From: a virus
Taxonomy: Duplodnaviria > Caudoviricetes
IMG/VR virus record: IMGVR_UViG_3300028585_000047
Coordinates: 1-37,742 of that record
Reading direction: 5' to 3' (one strand)
DNA length: 37,742 nucleotides
Position numbers and translations under genes: made by a program. Under the pieces are notes generated by a model that was not told where the DNA came from, searched no databases, and worked only from the letters and a program-made list of their open reading frames with translations. Below, piece by piece: positions 7,966 to 16,857 of this stretch; position 1 is the first letter of the stretch, and each line of letters opens with the position of its first letter.

Positions 7966-8478
7966 TTATTTCCCTTTCAGTTGAAGTTGTTCTTGGCAGA
8001 ACCGCAGGTATTCCTGCTCGGTCTGCGCGATGAATTCGGTTTCGATTTGCTCGACATCGGTCGAGTGGGTGCCGTGCACGGTGAGCCAGCGACAGTCGGT
8101 GACTGCGAACACGGCGCGCTTGGTGCCAGGTGGGGAAACCTCGACATGGCCGGGAAAGACTCGCTTCGGCCCGGTGTCGGTCAGGACGAGCAGCTCACCC
8201 TCCAGCAGCACGTTCAGGCTTTCGAACTTATGGATCTTCCCGGTGGCGACGGTGCCGGCCGGGATCAACAGTTCGCGCGCGTAGACGCCGCGTGAGAAGT
8301 GGTGCGTCACCGGCATGTCTACCGGCTCGAGCTCGCGCCGGATTGCTTCTTCAAGGGCGAACACGCGGCCATGATCGAGGCAGGTCGGCGGCGCGGCCCG
8401 CTCGGCCATGTGGCCCTGGTAAATCACGCGCGCAGGGGTGATCACCGCGCCGCGCGGCGCGTAGGTTTGTGCTTGCAT
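7966..8478 (-). CDS. Cupin-fold protein in the virion module
   Basis: HHFSRGVYARELLIPAG...GKIHKFESLNVLLEG...SPPGTKRAVFA pattern consistent with a double-stranded beta-helix. Confidence 0.65.
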   Translation of the reverse strand: MQAQTYAPRGAVITPARVIYQGHMAERAAPPTCLDHGRVFALEEAIRRELEPVDMPVTHHFSRGVYARELLIPAGTVATGKIHKFESLNVLLEGELLVLTDTGPKRVFPGHVEVSPPGTKRAVFAVTDCRWLTVHGTHSTDVEQIETEFIAQTEQEYLRFCQEQLQLKGK

Positions 8479-8490
8479 GGGATTCCTTGT

Positions 8491-8760
8491 CTATCCGAGG
8501 TAATGCCAGGCGCCAGCGCCGTAGCGGTACAGGCCCGCGCCGCTGCCAGGGTTCCACTGCGTGCCGTCGACGTTGCGCAGCATGCCGTCACGCGGCTTGG
8601 CTGGCGGCACGTAAACCACCGGCAGAAAGCCGTCAGCAATCGCGTCGGCGGTGGCCTTGATCTTGGCCAGCTCCTCGCGCAGAAAGCGCTGGAGCTGGGT
8701 CGGGTCCGTCGGCGGGTCGCCGGGCTGATAGCTGATCGTGCTGCTGTTGGTTGGTCGCAT
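8491..8760 (-). CDS. Small tail-associated structural protein
   Basis: Coupled to the nozzle gene; short coiled coil plus C-terminal beta region (DGTQWNPGSGAGLYRY). Confidence 0.65.
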   Translation of the reverse strand: MRPTNSSTISYQPGDPPTDPTQLQRFLREELAKIKATADAIADGFLPVVYVPPAKPRDGMLRNVDGTQWNPGSGAGLYRYGAGAWHYLG

Positions 8761-10322
8761 CAGAATTCCCCTGCGTCGTTGACCTCGAGCGCGTAGCCGT
8801 CCAAGCGCCAGGTATAGGCAGTGCCGGTCTCGAAACGCACAGCGAGGTAGCGACCCGAGATGAAGCGGTCGAGCTTGAGCGTGCTGCCGATCACGAAGGT
8901 CAGCGGCGCCGACCAGATCGGCTCTCCATCTGGCGTGTCGGCAGCGCCCAATCGCACGATGACCGTGCCGCCGCGGTTGCCGACGATGCGCGGGCGAATG
9001 CCGGTGACCAGCTTCACGCGCTCAGGTGCGTCGAACGACAGGCCGCGCCGCTCCATCCACGCATCGGGCAGCACGCCGTCGAAACTGGCCGAGGCATCGA
9101 GGAGGAACAGCTTGCTGTCGGCGCTGCCCATCATCACGCGTGCGGTGTCGGGCGTGTAATCCGGGCCGTTCCAGGCGGTCAGGTCGCTGTCCCACGGCGC
9201 CGCATCCTGCTCCCAGTTGCCGGCCAGCGAGTTGTCGACCGGGCCGTAGGCTGCGTGCGTCACGTTCGGCAGGCTGCGGAAAGTGACCGTGCCGTCCACG
9301 AAGTTGTAGACGAGCGCTGTATCGCACCAGGTCATTCCGATCGATGGGTACGCCACCAGGATCTCGTTCAGGAACGGATTCTTGAACACGAACACCTTGC
9401 CCTTGTTTGCGACGTCGATGTTTTGGAAGAAGAACCGGCGCGCCTTCTTGTCGAGGATCGACTTCGCCGAAAAGCCGTCGTGCATCACGATGTCCGAACC
9501 GGTCACCGCGAAGTGCATGGCGCCGAAGCCGGCTTCGAACTCGACGGCGCAGTTCACGTTCAGCAGACCGCTCATGCCCGACACCTTGCGAGGTTTCAGG
9601 ATGAACTGGCCGCCGATGTAGTCGATCGCATAGGTGCTCGATTCCTTATAGACGACGAAGCTGTCTTTCAGGCCCAGGCCGTCGACGATCGGGTCTTGGC
9701 CTTCGGCGAGATCGAACTCGCCCGCGTCCTGGGTGGCATCGGTCTCGTTCCACGTCGAGGGCAAGGCGCCCGGCACTGCCAGCGACGACCACTTCACCAT
9801 ATAGGTCAAGCGCGTGCCGGCGCGCGTGATGTCGAGCGCGATCAGCATGTTCTTGTACTGGCGCATCACCTTGCACGAGGTGCCCGCCGGCCAGGCCGGC
9901 AGGTCGAGAAATTTGTGCGTTAGGTTCGTGTCCCAGTACATCGGCGCCTTGCCGTCGCCGGCGTTCAGCACCGGGATGCCGCCAAAGACGCAGCCCGACC
10001 ACGCGTTTACGGCGCCCGCGCGCGCGGTCGCATGGGTGATATCGGTGTGCACCGAACTGCCCGACGCGTTCGATACCGCGTACTGCTTACTGGCCGCGGC
10101 ATAGAGCCAGTACCGCGAGCCGGCCACGTTCGCCTGCAGCAGGAACTGCGGTGCTGCCGGCGGATTTTCGTACACCCGGCCATGGCCGAGGAACTGCAGC
10201 GCCGCGCCGTCCAGGAACCGCATGTTCATCGCGTCGGACCAAGCGCCTGCAGGCAACTCAGCAGGGGCGATGTCCAGCACTACACCCAGCGCGCCCGGCT
10301 GTTTGAATTCGATTTTGGCCAT
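8760..10322 (-). CDS. Tail nozzle/hub protein (P22 gp10 / T7 gp12-like), 520 aa
   Basis: Start MAKIEF at 10322; N-terminal LDIAPAELPAGAWSDAMNMRF; beta-rich (propeller-like) sequence; position after the adaptor. Confidence 0.75.
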   Translation of the reverse strand: MAKIEFKQPGALGVVLDIAPAELPAGAWSDAMNMRFLDGAALQFLGHGRVYENPPAAPQFLLQANVAGSRYWLYAAASKQYAVSNASGSSVHTDITHATARAGAVNAWSGCVFGGIPVLNAGDGKAPMYWDTNLTHKFLDLPAWPAGTSCKVMRQYKNMLIALDITRAGTRLTYMVKWSSLAVPGALPSTWNETDATQDAGEFDLAEGQDPIVDGLGLKDSFVVYKESSTYAIDYIGGQFILKPRKVSGMSGLLNVNCAVEFEAGFGAMHFAVTGSDIVMHDGFSAKSILDKKARRFFFQNIDVANKGKVFVFKNPFLNEILVAYPSIGMTWCDTALVYNFVDGTVTFRSLPNVTHAAYGPVDNSLAGNWEQDAAPWDSDLTAWNGPDYTPDTARVMMGSADSKLFLLDASASFDGVLPDAWMERRGLSFDAPERVKLVTGIRPRIVGNRGGTVIVRLGAADTPDGEPIWSAPLTFVIGSTLKLDRFISGRYLAVRFETGTAYTWRLDGYALEVNDAGEF

Positions 10323-10324
10323 AT

Positions 10325-10852
10325 TTAGACGTAGTAGCTGATGATGATCGAGCCGCCAGATGGAATGACGAGCTGGTACGTGCCAGGTGTGACCGCGACG
10401 TTGTTGACCGTGCGAGCCGTCGCCGCGCCGCCGGTGCCGCCGACGAATGTCTGGCCGAAGCCAGTTGTGGAGGCGCCAGTGGTCGGCGATGTGCCGCCAA
10501 TCGACGTGCTTCGGAACTCGTAGCAGGTTTGGTAGCCTTCGTAAGTCGGGCTTTCCGGCGTAAGAACGCCTGGATCGCAATAACTGGCCGGCGTGCTGCC
10601 AGGCGACGGGCCAGCGGTTGACCGAGCTTCGTCGACGCCGGAGCCATTCCTCTTGATGAGGTAAGTCACCGCATCAGTGAAGTACCCGGGGGTGCCGCCA
10701 CCGCCCGGGGATCCGGCCGCGCCCTTACCGATGATCGACTCCAGTCGCGGCACTCCTTGAGGAATCGTGACCGGGCCGCTGGCCGTGAACGGCGGTAGCG
10801 TCACCAACTGGCGCGCGCGCCCCAACACAAGGGCCATCATCCAGGGTTTCAT
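10325..10852 (-). CDS. Gly/Thr-rich tail fibre-associated protein
   Basis: ATGA overlap with the upstream fibre gene; G/T/P-rich beta composition. Confidence 0.65.
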   Translation of the reverse strand: MKPWMMALVLGRARQLVTLPPFTASGPVTIPQGVPRLESIIGKGAAGSPGGGGTPGYFTDAVTYLIKRNGSGVDEARSTAGPSPGSTPASYCDPGVLTPESPTYEGYQTCYEFRSTSIGGTSPTTGASTTGFGQTFVGGTGGAATARTVNNVAVTPGTYQLVIPSGGSIIISYYV

Positions 10853-11706
10853 GCCGCCTTCCCGTAGACGATGCCGTCACCGTACGAATACAGCACCGCG
10901 CGCCCGCGCCCGGCTGCTGGGAATGCGATACCCGACTGGGAGAAGGTGGCAGTCTCGGTGCCATCCGACTTGATCCACAAGATGCCTGTGGTGGTCAGCT
11001 GGAACGCGCCATAGTTCGTCAGCTCGAGCAGCACGCCAGCCAGGCGCCCGACCGGGAATCCTGTCGCCGTCAGGGTGTGCTGGCCGGTAGCGCGCGCTTT
11101 GTGCCCCTCGCCCTTCGCGTAATCGATGACCAGCGTGCCAGTGGCCACATCGCCGTTGTTGAAAATAGGCCCGCCGCGCCCGTCAAGCCCGATCCACTGG
11201 CCTACGGCGCCGGTCGAAGAGAGCACCTTGCCAGCATTGGCAGGATCGTTCACGCCCGGCACCGTGCCCGAGATCACCAGCTGGTCGATGTAATTCTGCG
11301 GCACGCTTGTCAGGCGGAACCTCGTGCCATCGTAAATTGCCGAGTAGAAGCGTCCCGCGATCAGGTCGCTCGGGGTCACTGGCGCGCCGGCTTCCGACAC
11401 GATCGCTTTTGCGCCGAGTCCCGAGACGTTCAGCGTCGCGGCTGCCGTGTTCGTGGCGATTGCCTGGAAGACGACCTGCATCTTCGCAGCGTAGCCAGCG
11501 AGCGGAGTTGCTGGCGTCAGTGTGTACGCGTTCGCCGCACCGCCATCCACGCCGCCGACCAGCACAGCGCCGACGAAGCCGGGGAACGTGTTTTTCGCCG
11601 CCTTCTTGCCATTGCGGATATGGTCGTCGCCCTCACTCTTTGGCGAGGCGCCGGTGGGCGCGGCCACATCGAGATCGGCGATATAGGTTACGGTTTCAGC
11701 CGGCAT
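10849..11706 (-). CDS. Tail fibre-like protein (285 aa)
   Basis: N-terminal anchoring motif PKSEGDDHIRNGK; GGAANAYTLT...NTAAATLNVSGLGAKAI module common in phage fibres. Confidence 0.7.
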   Translation of the reverse strand: MPAETVTYIADLDVAAPTGASPKSEGDDHIRNGKKAAKNTFPGFVGAVLVGGVDGGAANAYTLTPATPLAGYAAKMQVVFQAIATNTAAATLNVSGLGAKAIVSEAGAPVTPSDLIAGRFYSAIYDGTRFRLTSVPQNYIDQLVISGTVPGVNDPANAGKVLSSTGAVGQWIGLDGRGGPIFNNGDVATGTLVIDYAKGEGHKARATGQHTLTATGFPVGRLAGVLLELTNYGAFQLTTTGILWIKSDGTETATFSQSGIAFPAAGRGRAVLYSYGDGIVYGKAA

Positions 11707-11715
11707 GGTAGTTCC

Positions 11716-12357
11716 TTAAATTGTTGGGGTAGGGAGCGCCAACCGAACGGCGTCGTCCCATTCGCTGTAGCTGTTGAGCATGGCGATCGCGTTTGCATAC
11801 TTGGCCTCCCATTTCTGGATTTCGGCCGTGTCGCGCGTGTACAGCAGCGCCTCGCACATGGAAGCAGACAGGTAGACGTCGGCGTGCGTCTCGATTAGCC
11901 AGTTCGTGCCGCCCATGTCGGCCAGGGCCGGCACGCCGCCGCGATACGCGAGGCTCAGGGAGCATCCTTGCTGTGGCGTGGGTGCCAGGCGCAGTGTGTT
12001 GCCGATGACCGTGTAGGCGCGCGGCTCCGGGCCTGCTACGATGTTTGGCTCGTCGAACCGGGCCGCCGAAACGTAGGTCAGCGCGGACAGCGTCGAGCCG
12101 ACGATCGACACCGACCGCATCTCCTGGAAGTCGGCCGGCAGCGTGACGCTCGATTCCTCTGGCGCTACGTTCAGCGTCGTGGTGCCCTCCGCAAGCCGCG
12201 CCTCCAAGTCGCCGTTGATGCGCTTCTCGGCCAGCATCACGAAGTCCGGGATCACGTCTGTCAAGTCGGTGCGGTGCAGCCATCCAGCGATCGAGGCTTG
12301 GAGCCACGCATAGTCGCGCGCCGAAGCGCTTGCCGTGCTTTGTACGATGATTGTCAT
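11716..12357 (-). CDS. Head-tail adaptor (P22 gp4 / T7 gp11-like)
   Basis: DYAWLQASIAGWLHRTDL...IPDFVMLAEKRI...TNWLIETHADVYL pattern of podovirus adaptors. Confidence 0.8.
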   Translation of the reverse strand: MTIIVQSTASASARDYAWLQASIAGWLHRTDLTDVIPDFVMLAEKRINGDLEARLAEGTTTLNVAPEESSVTLPADFQEMRSVSIVGSTLSALTYVSAARFDEPNIVAGPEPRAYTVIGNTLRLAPTPQQGCSLSLAYRGGVPALADMGGTNWLIETHADVYLSASMCEALLYTRDTAEIQKWEAKYANAIAMLNSYSEWDDAVRLALPTPTI

Positions 12358-12369
12358 AGTGTCGAACGA

Positions 12370-12759
12370 TCAATAAAGCGGAAGTTCGTCCGGAAGCACA
12401 TCGGCGTCGAGGATCTGTTCGGCACGGCCGACTGCGATCATCCCCATCGACTCTAGGTCCTGCACCCCAGCGCGCGTCGTGGGCATGTCCAAGTCGACGT
12501 AGGCAGCGGCGCGCACGTCGGCGAGGTACACGCGCAGAGCCGCTGCACGCTGTCGCTGCAAGAGGCTTTGCGTCGGGTCGTCCAGCGCAGCCATTTCTAT
12601 CGTTATCTTCTCGGCGGCCGAGAAGCGGTTCCGGAACGCAAACTCGGTGATGCGCCGAATCTGTGGTGGCGGCGGAGCGTTGAAGCGTGCTTCGATTGCA
12701 GCAGCTTCCTCGGGGGTGGCGTCTCTCATGACGCCGTCGTCCATTATTTGATAGCTCAT
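12370..12759 (-). CDS. Tail fibre assembly/chaperone-like protein
   Basis: RDATPEE N-terminus and ITEFAFRNRFS...GRAEQIL; follows a fibre gene. Confidence 0.6.
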   Translation of the reverse strand: MSYQIMDDGVMRDATPEEAAAIEARFNAPPPPQIRRITEFAFRNRFSAAEKITIEMAALDDPTQSLLQRQRAAALRVYLADVRAAAYVDLDMPTTRAGVQDLESMGMIAVGRAEQILDADVLPDELPLY

Positions 12760-12769
12760 GATGTCCTTA

Positions 12770-13807
12770 TTAGTTCTTGATCCCGTAGACGCGCACTTTC
12801 CCTGCCCCGACCTGCCGAGAGGTGAAGGTCAAGGTAAAGCCGGTCAATACGCCAGCGATATCGACAGGCCAATATGAATTGAGGTTTGTGAGGGAGCCAG
12901 CCGCTGTTTTGATTGCCCCCTTCACATGCGCAACCTTCCAGTTACCGACTGTGTTATCAATTTCGATGGTCGCTACCGCACCGAACGCGGGCGCGACGGT
13001 GGTGCTGATTTGGAACGATGCTGTCGCCACTTCCGCACCGGTCACCGCATGTGCGAATACGAGCGCGGCGGCGGCGGACGCTGGCGCGAACTCATACAGT
13101 TTGATCAGATAGCTGCTGTATCCGCTGCCGTAGACATTCAGGAAATTCACAGAGGCCACGGCTGCAGTGATGTCGGCGGAGCCGAGCAGGAACATTGCGC
13201 CGCCAACGATGTCGGACGTCATTGCGACGGTGCCGTCCTTATCTGGGAACGTGTGCGTGCGCACTGCGGTGGCCGCACTGAGCAGCTTCGACACGATCGC
13301 GCCGTTCGCCACGCCCGCGGTCACCACGCCGTCGGCGTCCGCACTGAGATTGCTACCCAGCCTGATCCCGCCAAGCACGGCGGCCGTGGCCTTCGGCAGT
13401 ACGTACGACAGCCCGGAATCCAAGTCTTCAAGCTCCTGCAGCACTTGGTCAAGTACATCGCCGACCGAATTTTCGCCGTGGCGCACCAGGCTTGCGCCAC
13501 TCGGCGCGGCCAACTGGGCGACGGTCGCATACGGATCGTCGAGCGGGTCTTCCAGCACGATCTCGCGCACGAACTCGGCAAAGCGTGGGCCGGTGAAGGT
13601 CAGCAGGTATTTGCCGTCGGCAGCGTAGAAGCCGAAATAGCCGTCGTTGTCGCTGATGAGAGGCTGCGCCAGCGGCGTAGCGCCGTTGTCCAAATAGAGC
13701 GATGCCGACAGGCCGGTGACCATGTCGGTAACCACGATCGACGCGCCGGAAAGCGGTCGCAGCGCGCCGCTGCTGTTCGCGGCCAGGTTGTCTTCGTATT
13801 TTTGCAT
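12770..13807 (-). CDS. Tail fibre/spike-like protein (345 aa)
   Basis: Start MQKYED at 13807; N-terminal Ig-like head-binding module (PLISDNDGYFGFYAADGKY); LPKATAAVLGGIRLG fibre repeat; beta-rich C-terminal tip. Confidence 0.7.
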   Translation of the reverse strand: MQKYEDNLAANSSGALRPLSGASIVVTDMVTGLSASLYLDNGATPLAQPLISDNDGYFGFYAADGKYLLTFTGPRFAEFVREIVLEDPLDDPYATVAQLAAPSGASLVRHGENSVGDVLDQVLQELEDLDSGLSYVLPKATAAVLGGIRLGSNLSADADGVVTAGVANGAIVSKLLSAATAVRTHTFPDKDGTVAMTSDIVGGAMFLLGSADITAAVASVNFLNVYGSGYSSYLIKLYEFAPASAAAALVFAHAVTGAEVATASFQISTTVAPAFGAVATIEIDNTVGNWKVAHVKGAIKTAAGSLTNLNSYWPVDIAGVLTGFTLTFTSRQVGAGKVRVYGIKN

Positions 13808-13809
13808 GA

Positions 13810-14127
13810 TCAGACGGATGCCTTGTCGATGATGAAGTAGCCGTTGTCCGGGTCGGCCAGGAAGCGGGAAAAGAGCCGCTCGTCCTGCATCACGTCCTGG
13901 AAGCACTTGCCCATTCTGCGGGCCCAGGCGTCAATGACCGTGATTGGGATCGAGGCGACGTGACGATCGCCCATGCCGGTGCGGTTGAAGCCCTGGTTGT
14001 GCAGCGCCTTCGCGCGCTCGACCACGCGGGATACGTCCTCGACGGTCTCGATCGCGCACTTGCCGTCCTGCTCGGTGTGCAGGTAGGTGGCGCTGAAACC
14101 GTTGAAACGGAGAAGTCGTTTGCTCAT
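13810..14127 (-). CDS. Conserved phage protein downstream of the capsid gene
   Basis: 105 aa, RHVASIP...FLADPDN pattern; in-operon spacing. Confidence 0.7.
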   Translation of the reverse strand: MSKRLLRFNGFSATYLHTEQDGKCAIETVEDVSRVVERAKALHNQGFNRTGMGDRHVASIPITVIDAWARRMGKCFQDVMQDERLFSRFLADPDNGYFIIDKASV

Positions 14128-14128
14128 G

Positions 14129-14159
14129 AAAAAAGCCGCCCAGGTTGCCCAGGGCGGCT
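14129..14159 (-). terminator. Terminator after the major capsid gene
   Basis: AGCCGCCC...GGGCGGCT stem followed by a T-run on the - strand. Confidence 0.75.
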
Positions 14160-14182
14160 AGGTTGGAGGTTGAAGACGGCGG

Positions 14183-15127
14183 TCAGGCCGGCACGGTCAG
14201 GTCGCGGATGGCGCCGCTGGCGGCTTCTTGCTTGCTTTCCAGCGTCCACTCGGTATTGATCATGCGCTTCTTGCTGTCGCCGCTTTTCGCCAGATCGAAG
14301 CCATTCATCGGACGCAGGGTCAGCAGGCGCCAGCGGCCCGGCTCGATCAGGAACAGCTCGCGATCACGCTGGTGGCGGCTGTTGATGATCGAGTAGCGGC
14401 CGAAGTCGCCGACGTAGACTTCGACGGTCGCGTTCAGCGTCTTGTCTTCGGTCTTGTCAAACTTGGTGGCGCCGCCGGTGAAGCCCGACACGGTCGCGCG
14501 CTGCGCTGCCGGCACGAACAGCAGGGTGGGGTTACCGCCCTGGCTCCAGCATTTCTGCGCCACCGTTTTCAGCATGGCCTCGGTCAGCGCGACCTGGGTA
14601 CCGTCGGTCGGCGCGGTGTTGGTCTTCGCGTTCGGGTCGACGCCGGTCGCGCCCTTCACAGTGTTGGTACCGATCCAGCCCAGCACGCCACGAGCTTGCG
14701 GTGCGACGCCAGCGGCCGCCGCGATCGCAGTCGTGTTCTGCAGCGCTGCGAACTCGACGTCGCGCTTGAGCTCGACCATCTTCTTCGCATCTTGGTAGGC
14801 GATTTCGGACTTGCGACCGGCCTTCGACACAGCTTCCTGCGTACCGGTCACTGCATAGGTGTCGTCGGAGATCTGCGTACGGTTGCCGACGCGGTCAGTA
14901 GGGGTGAGAGCACCTGGGGCACCTTCGTTGCCCTGCTCCTTGCGGTTGTTACCGGCGGCGCGCAGGGAGTCGGTCTGCCACTCCTCGAAGACGCCAGTCG
15001 CCTTTCCTTTACCGATCGAGGAGATGAACGGCGTCTCCTCCGGGCTGATGTTGTAGATTTCGTCGGACAGTTGCTCGCGCAGGCCGACTGCGCTCATGGT
15101 GCCGAAGCTATTTGCCAGTTGGGGCAT
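14183..15127 (-). CDS. Major capsid protein (SU10/DUF5309-like, HK97 fold)
   Basis: GLREQLSDEIYNISPEETPF...EWQTDSL...NRTQI...ELKRDVE motifs; strong codon bias; follows the scaffold gene. Confidence 0.9.
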   Translation of the reverse strand: MPQLANSFGTMSAVGLREQLSDEIYNISPEETPFISSIGKGKATGVFEEWQTDSLRAAGNNRKEQGNEGAPGALTPTDRVGNRTQISDDTYAVTGTQEAVSKAGRKSEIAYQDAKKMVELKRDVEFAALQNTTAIAAAAGVAPQARGVLGWIGTNTVKGATGVDPNAKTNTAPTDGTQVALTEAMLKTVAQKCWSQGGNPTLLFVPAAQRATVSGFTGGATKFDKTEDKTLNATVEVYVGDFGRYSIINSRHQRDRELFLIEPGRWRLLTLRPMNGFDLAKSGDSKKRMINTEWTLESKQEAASGAIRDLTVPA

Positions 15128-15136
15128 GATGATTCC

Positions 15137-16078
15137 TTAGATGGTGTGTTGAAGAAGCTTGGCAAAGTTGTCAAGCGACTTGTTTTTCGAGAACTGCTTT
15201 ACGTGCTGTTCGACGCCGGTGGCGACAGCGGTCGAGGCCTGCTTTGCTGGCTTGACTGGCGCCGTCTTGACCTTGTTGACCGCGGCCGGCGCCTTGGCCT
15301 GCAGCGCTTTGTGCTGCATGGCGTCGTGCACCAGGCGAACGAAGCGCGGGTCAGCGATGCGCTGCAGCTCCTGGACACTGAAGCCGTAGCCTTGAGCCGC
15401 GGTGTTCAGCTTGCCGATCAATTCCTGGTTGAAGCCCGGGATTGAGGTCTGCAGCTCGGCCAGCATGCGCTGCTGGGCCTGCTGATGCCGTTGCTGCTGC
15501 TGGGCCTGCTGCTGTTCCTGCGCCTGCTGCACGCGGCCGGCGGTGGCGCCACGCATTTCGCGCAGCTGCTGCAGGTTGGTCATGACGTCGATGTAGCCGG
15601 CCGGGTCGCTGTCGCGGTCGATCCTGGGAATCGCCTGCTCGAGCGCTGCGATCTGCGCATTGACGGCATGCAGCTGGCCGAGGTCCTGGGCGAACGTCTC
15701 GGCAAGCTGGTACTGCTGCTGGATGTGCTGGACCGTTTGCTCCCGCTCCTGCGCGAAGGTCTGCGTCTTGTGACGGTAGTCCTGCTCGCGCATGTAGCCG
15801 AGCTTCATCTCGGCCACTGGGACGTCGAATTTCTCACCGCTCGCGGTCTCCCAGCTCACAACGGTGTCGTCCAGCGATTCCGTTGCCGGTTGATCGCCTT
15901 CACCCTCGACGGGTTGCTGCTGGTCGTCCTCCTGCTCGGCCTGGCCATTAGGATCGTCGTTTTGCGCCTCCACATCGGGTTGGGCGTTGTCGGGATCCTG
16001 CTGGTCCTGCGAATCGTCCGCCTCGAGGGCGGCTGCGAGCTGGTCGATGCTGGTGATGCTTTCTTGATCTGGGGGCAT
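15137..16078 (-). CDS. Capsid scaffolding protein
   Basis: Acidic disordered N-terminus, GYMREQDY motif, Gln-rich coiled coil; between portal and capsid. Confidence 0.85.
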   Translation of the reverse strand: MPPDQESITSIDQLAAALEADDSQDQQDPDNAQPDVEAQNDDPNGQAEQEDDQQQPVEGEGDQPATESLDDTVVSWETASGEKFDVPVAEMKLGYMREQDYRHKTQTFAQEREQTVQHIQQQYQLAETFAQDLGQLHAVNAQIAALEQAIPRIDRDSDPAGYIDVMTNLQQLREMRGATAGRVQQAQEQQQAQQQQRHQQAQQRMLAELQTSIPGFNQELIGKLNTAAQGYGFSVQELQRIADPRFVRLVHDAMQHKALQAKAPAAVNKVKTAPVKPAKQASTAVATGVEQHVKQFSKNKSLDNFAKLLQHTI

Positions 16079-16107
16079 TGCTCATCCTTCCGAAGAATGT
16101 GACTCCC

Positions 16108-16132
16108 AAACAAAAGCCCGCGCATGGCGGGC
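16108..16132 (-). terminator. Terminator-like hairpin upstream of the scaffold gene
   Basis: GCCCGC-CATGC-GCGGGC-TTTTGTTT on the - strand. Confidence 0.6.
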
Positions 16133-16187
16133 CTTGGGTTGGTCTTTTTTCGTGTCGCGCTCGAGGGCGCGCGACGTGCCCGGGAAA

Positions 16188-16562
16188 TCAGTGGGTGCTG
16201 CCGTCGCTGTACGTGGCCGACAACGGGCCGCGGCCGATCGGGAAGCCCGAATACACGCCCTGGTGGTGGCGCGGCTTTGCGTCCGGATGGCTGATCGCGG
16301 TCACGACCAGGTCGACCGATTGGGCCGCGCGTTCGTGGGCGGCGATGAAGTCGTCCAGTTCGGGTGCAGGCTCATCCGGCGCCGGCGCGGCGGCCGATTC
16401 TGGTTCCGCGACCTCGATCGGCGGCGCTTCGACCACCTGCTCGAGCGCGATCGGCTCATCGACCGGCGCGGGCGCAGCGTCCGGGGGCTCGATCGGCGCC
16501 GGCGCGGCGGCCGGTGCTGGTCCTGGTTTCGGCGCTGATGCGCCACGGGGTTTAGATGCCAT
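16188..16562 (-). CDS. Pro/Ala/Glu-rich hypothetical protein
   Basis: SD AAGGAG; overlaps the upstream stop; low-complexity N-terminal two-thirds. Confidence 0.65.
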   Translation of the reverse strand: MASKPRGASAPKPGPAPAAAPAPIEPPDAAPAPVDEPIALEQVVEAPPIEVAEPESAAAPAPDEPAPELDDFIAAHERAAQSVDLVVTAISHPDAKPRHHQGVYSGFPIGRGPLSATYSDGSTH

Positions 16563-16857
16563 TGATACGCTCCTTTATGCGGGTGGCGAGGGATTTACGT
16601 TCTTCCTCGAGGCGCAGCGTGGTGCTGGCCAGCACACCTTCCTGCAGGACGATTTCGAACACGGATTCGAAGCGGCGTTTCGCCTGCAGCAGCCGGTGCA
16701 GGTGCTCCCGGCCCTCGACGTCACGCACCGGGACCTCCTTCCAGGCCTCGGTGATGCCGTCTTCAATCGTTTTCAGCGCCTCGACCACCATCGGATCAGT
16801 CATGATCCGTTTGGCGGCGTCGGCACGGTTGATTGCTGCGTACTGCTGGTCATCCAT
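16552..16857 (-). CDS. Conserved small protein downstream of the portal
   Basis: 101 aa helical; SD GGAG; overlaps the portal stop. Confidence 0.75.
   Translation of the reverse strand: MDDQQYAAINRADAAKRIMTDPMVVEALKTIEDGITEAWKEVPVRDVEGREHLHRLLQAKRRFESVFEIVLQEGVLASTTLRLEEERKSLATRIKERINGI

Noticed and set aside
10325-13807. Diversity-generating retroelement or invertible tail-fibre cassette
   Set aside because: No reverse transcriptase or invertase gene, and no template/variable repeat pair or flanking inverted repeats seen by eye.
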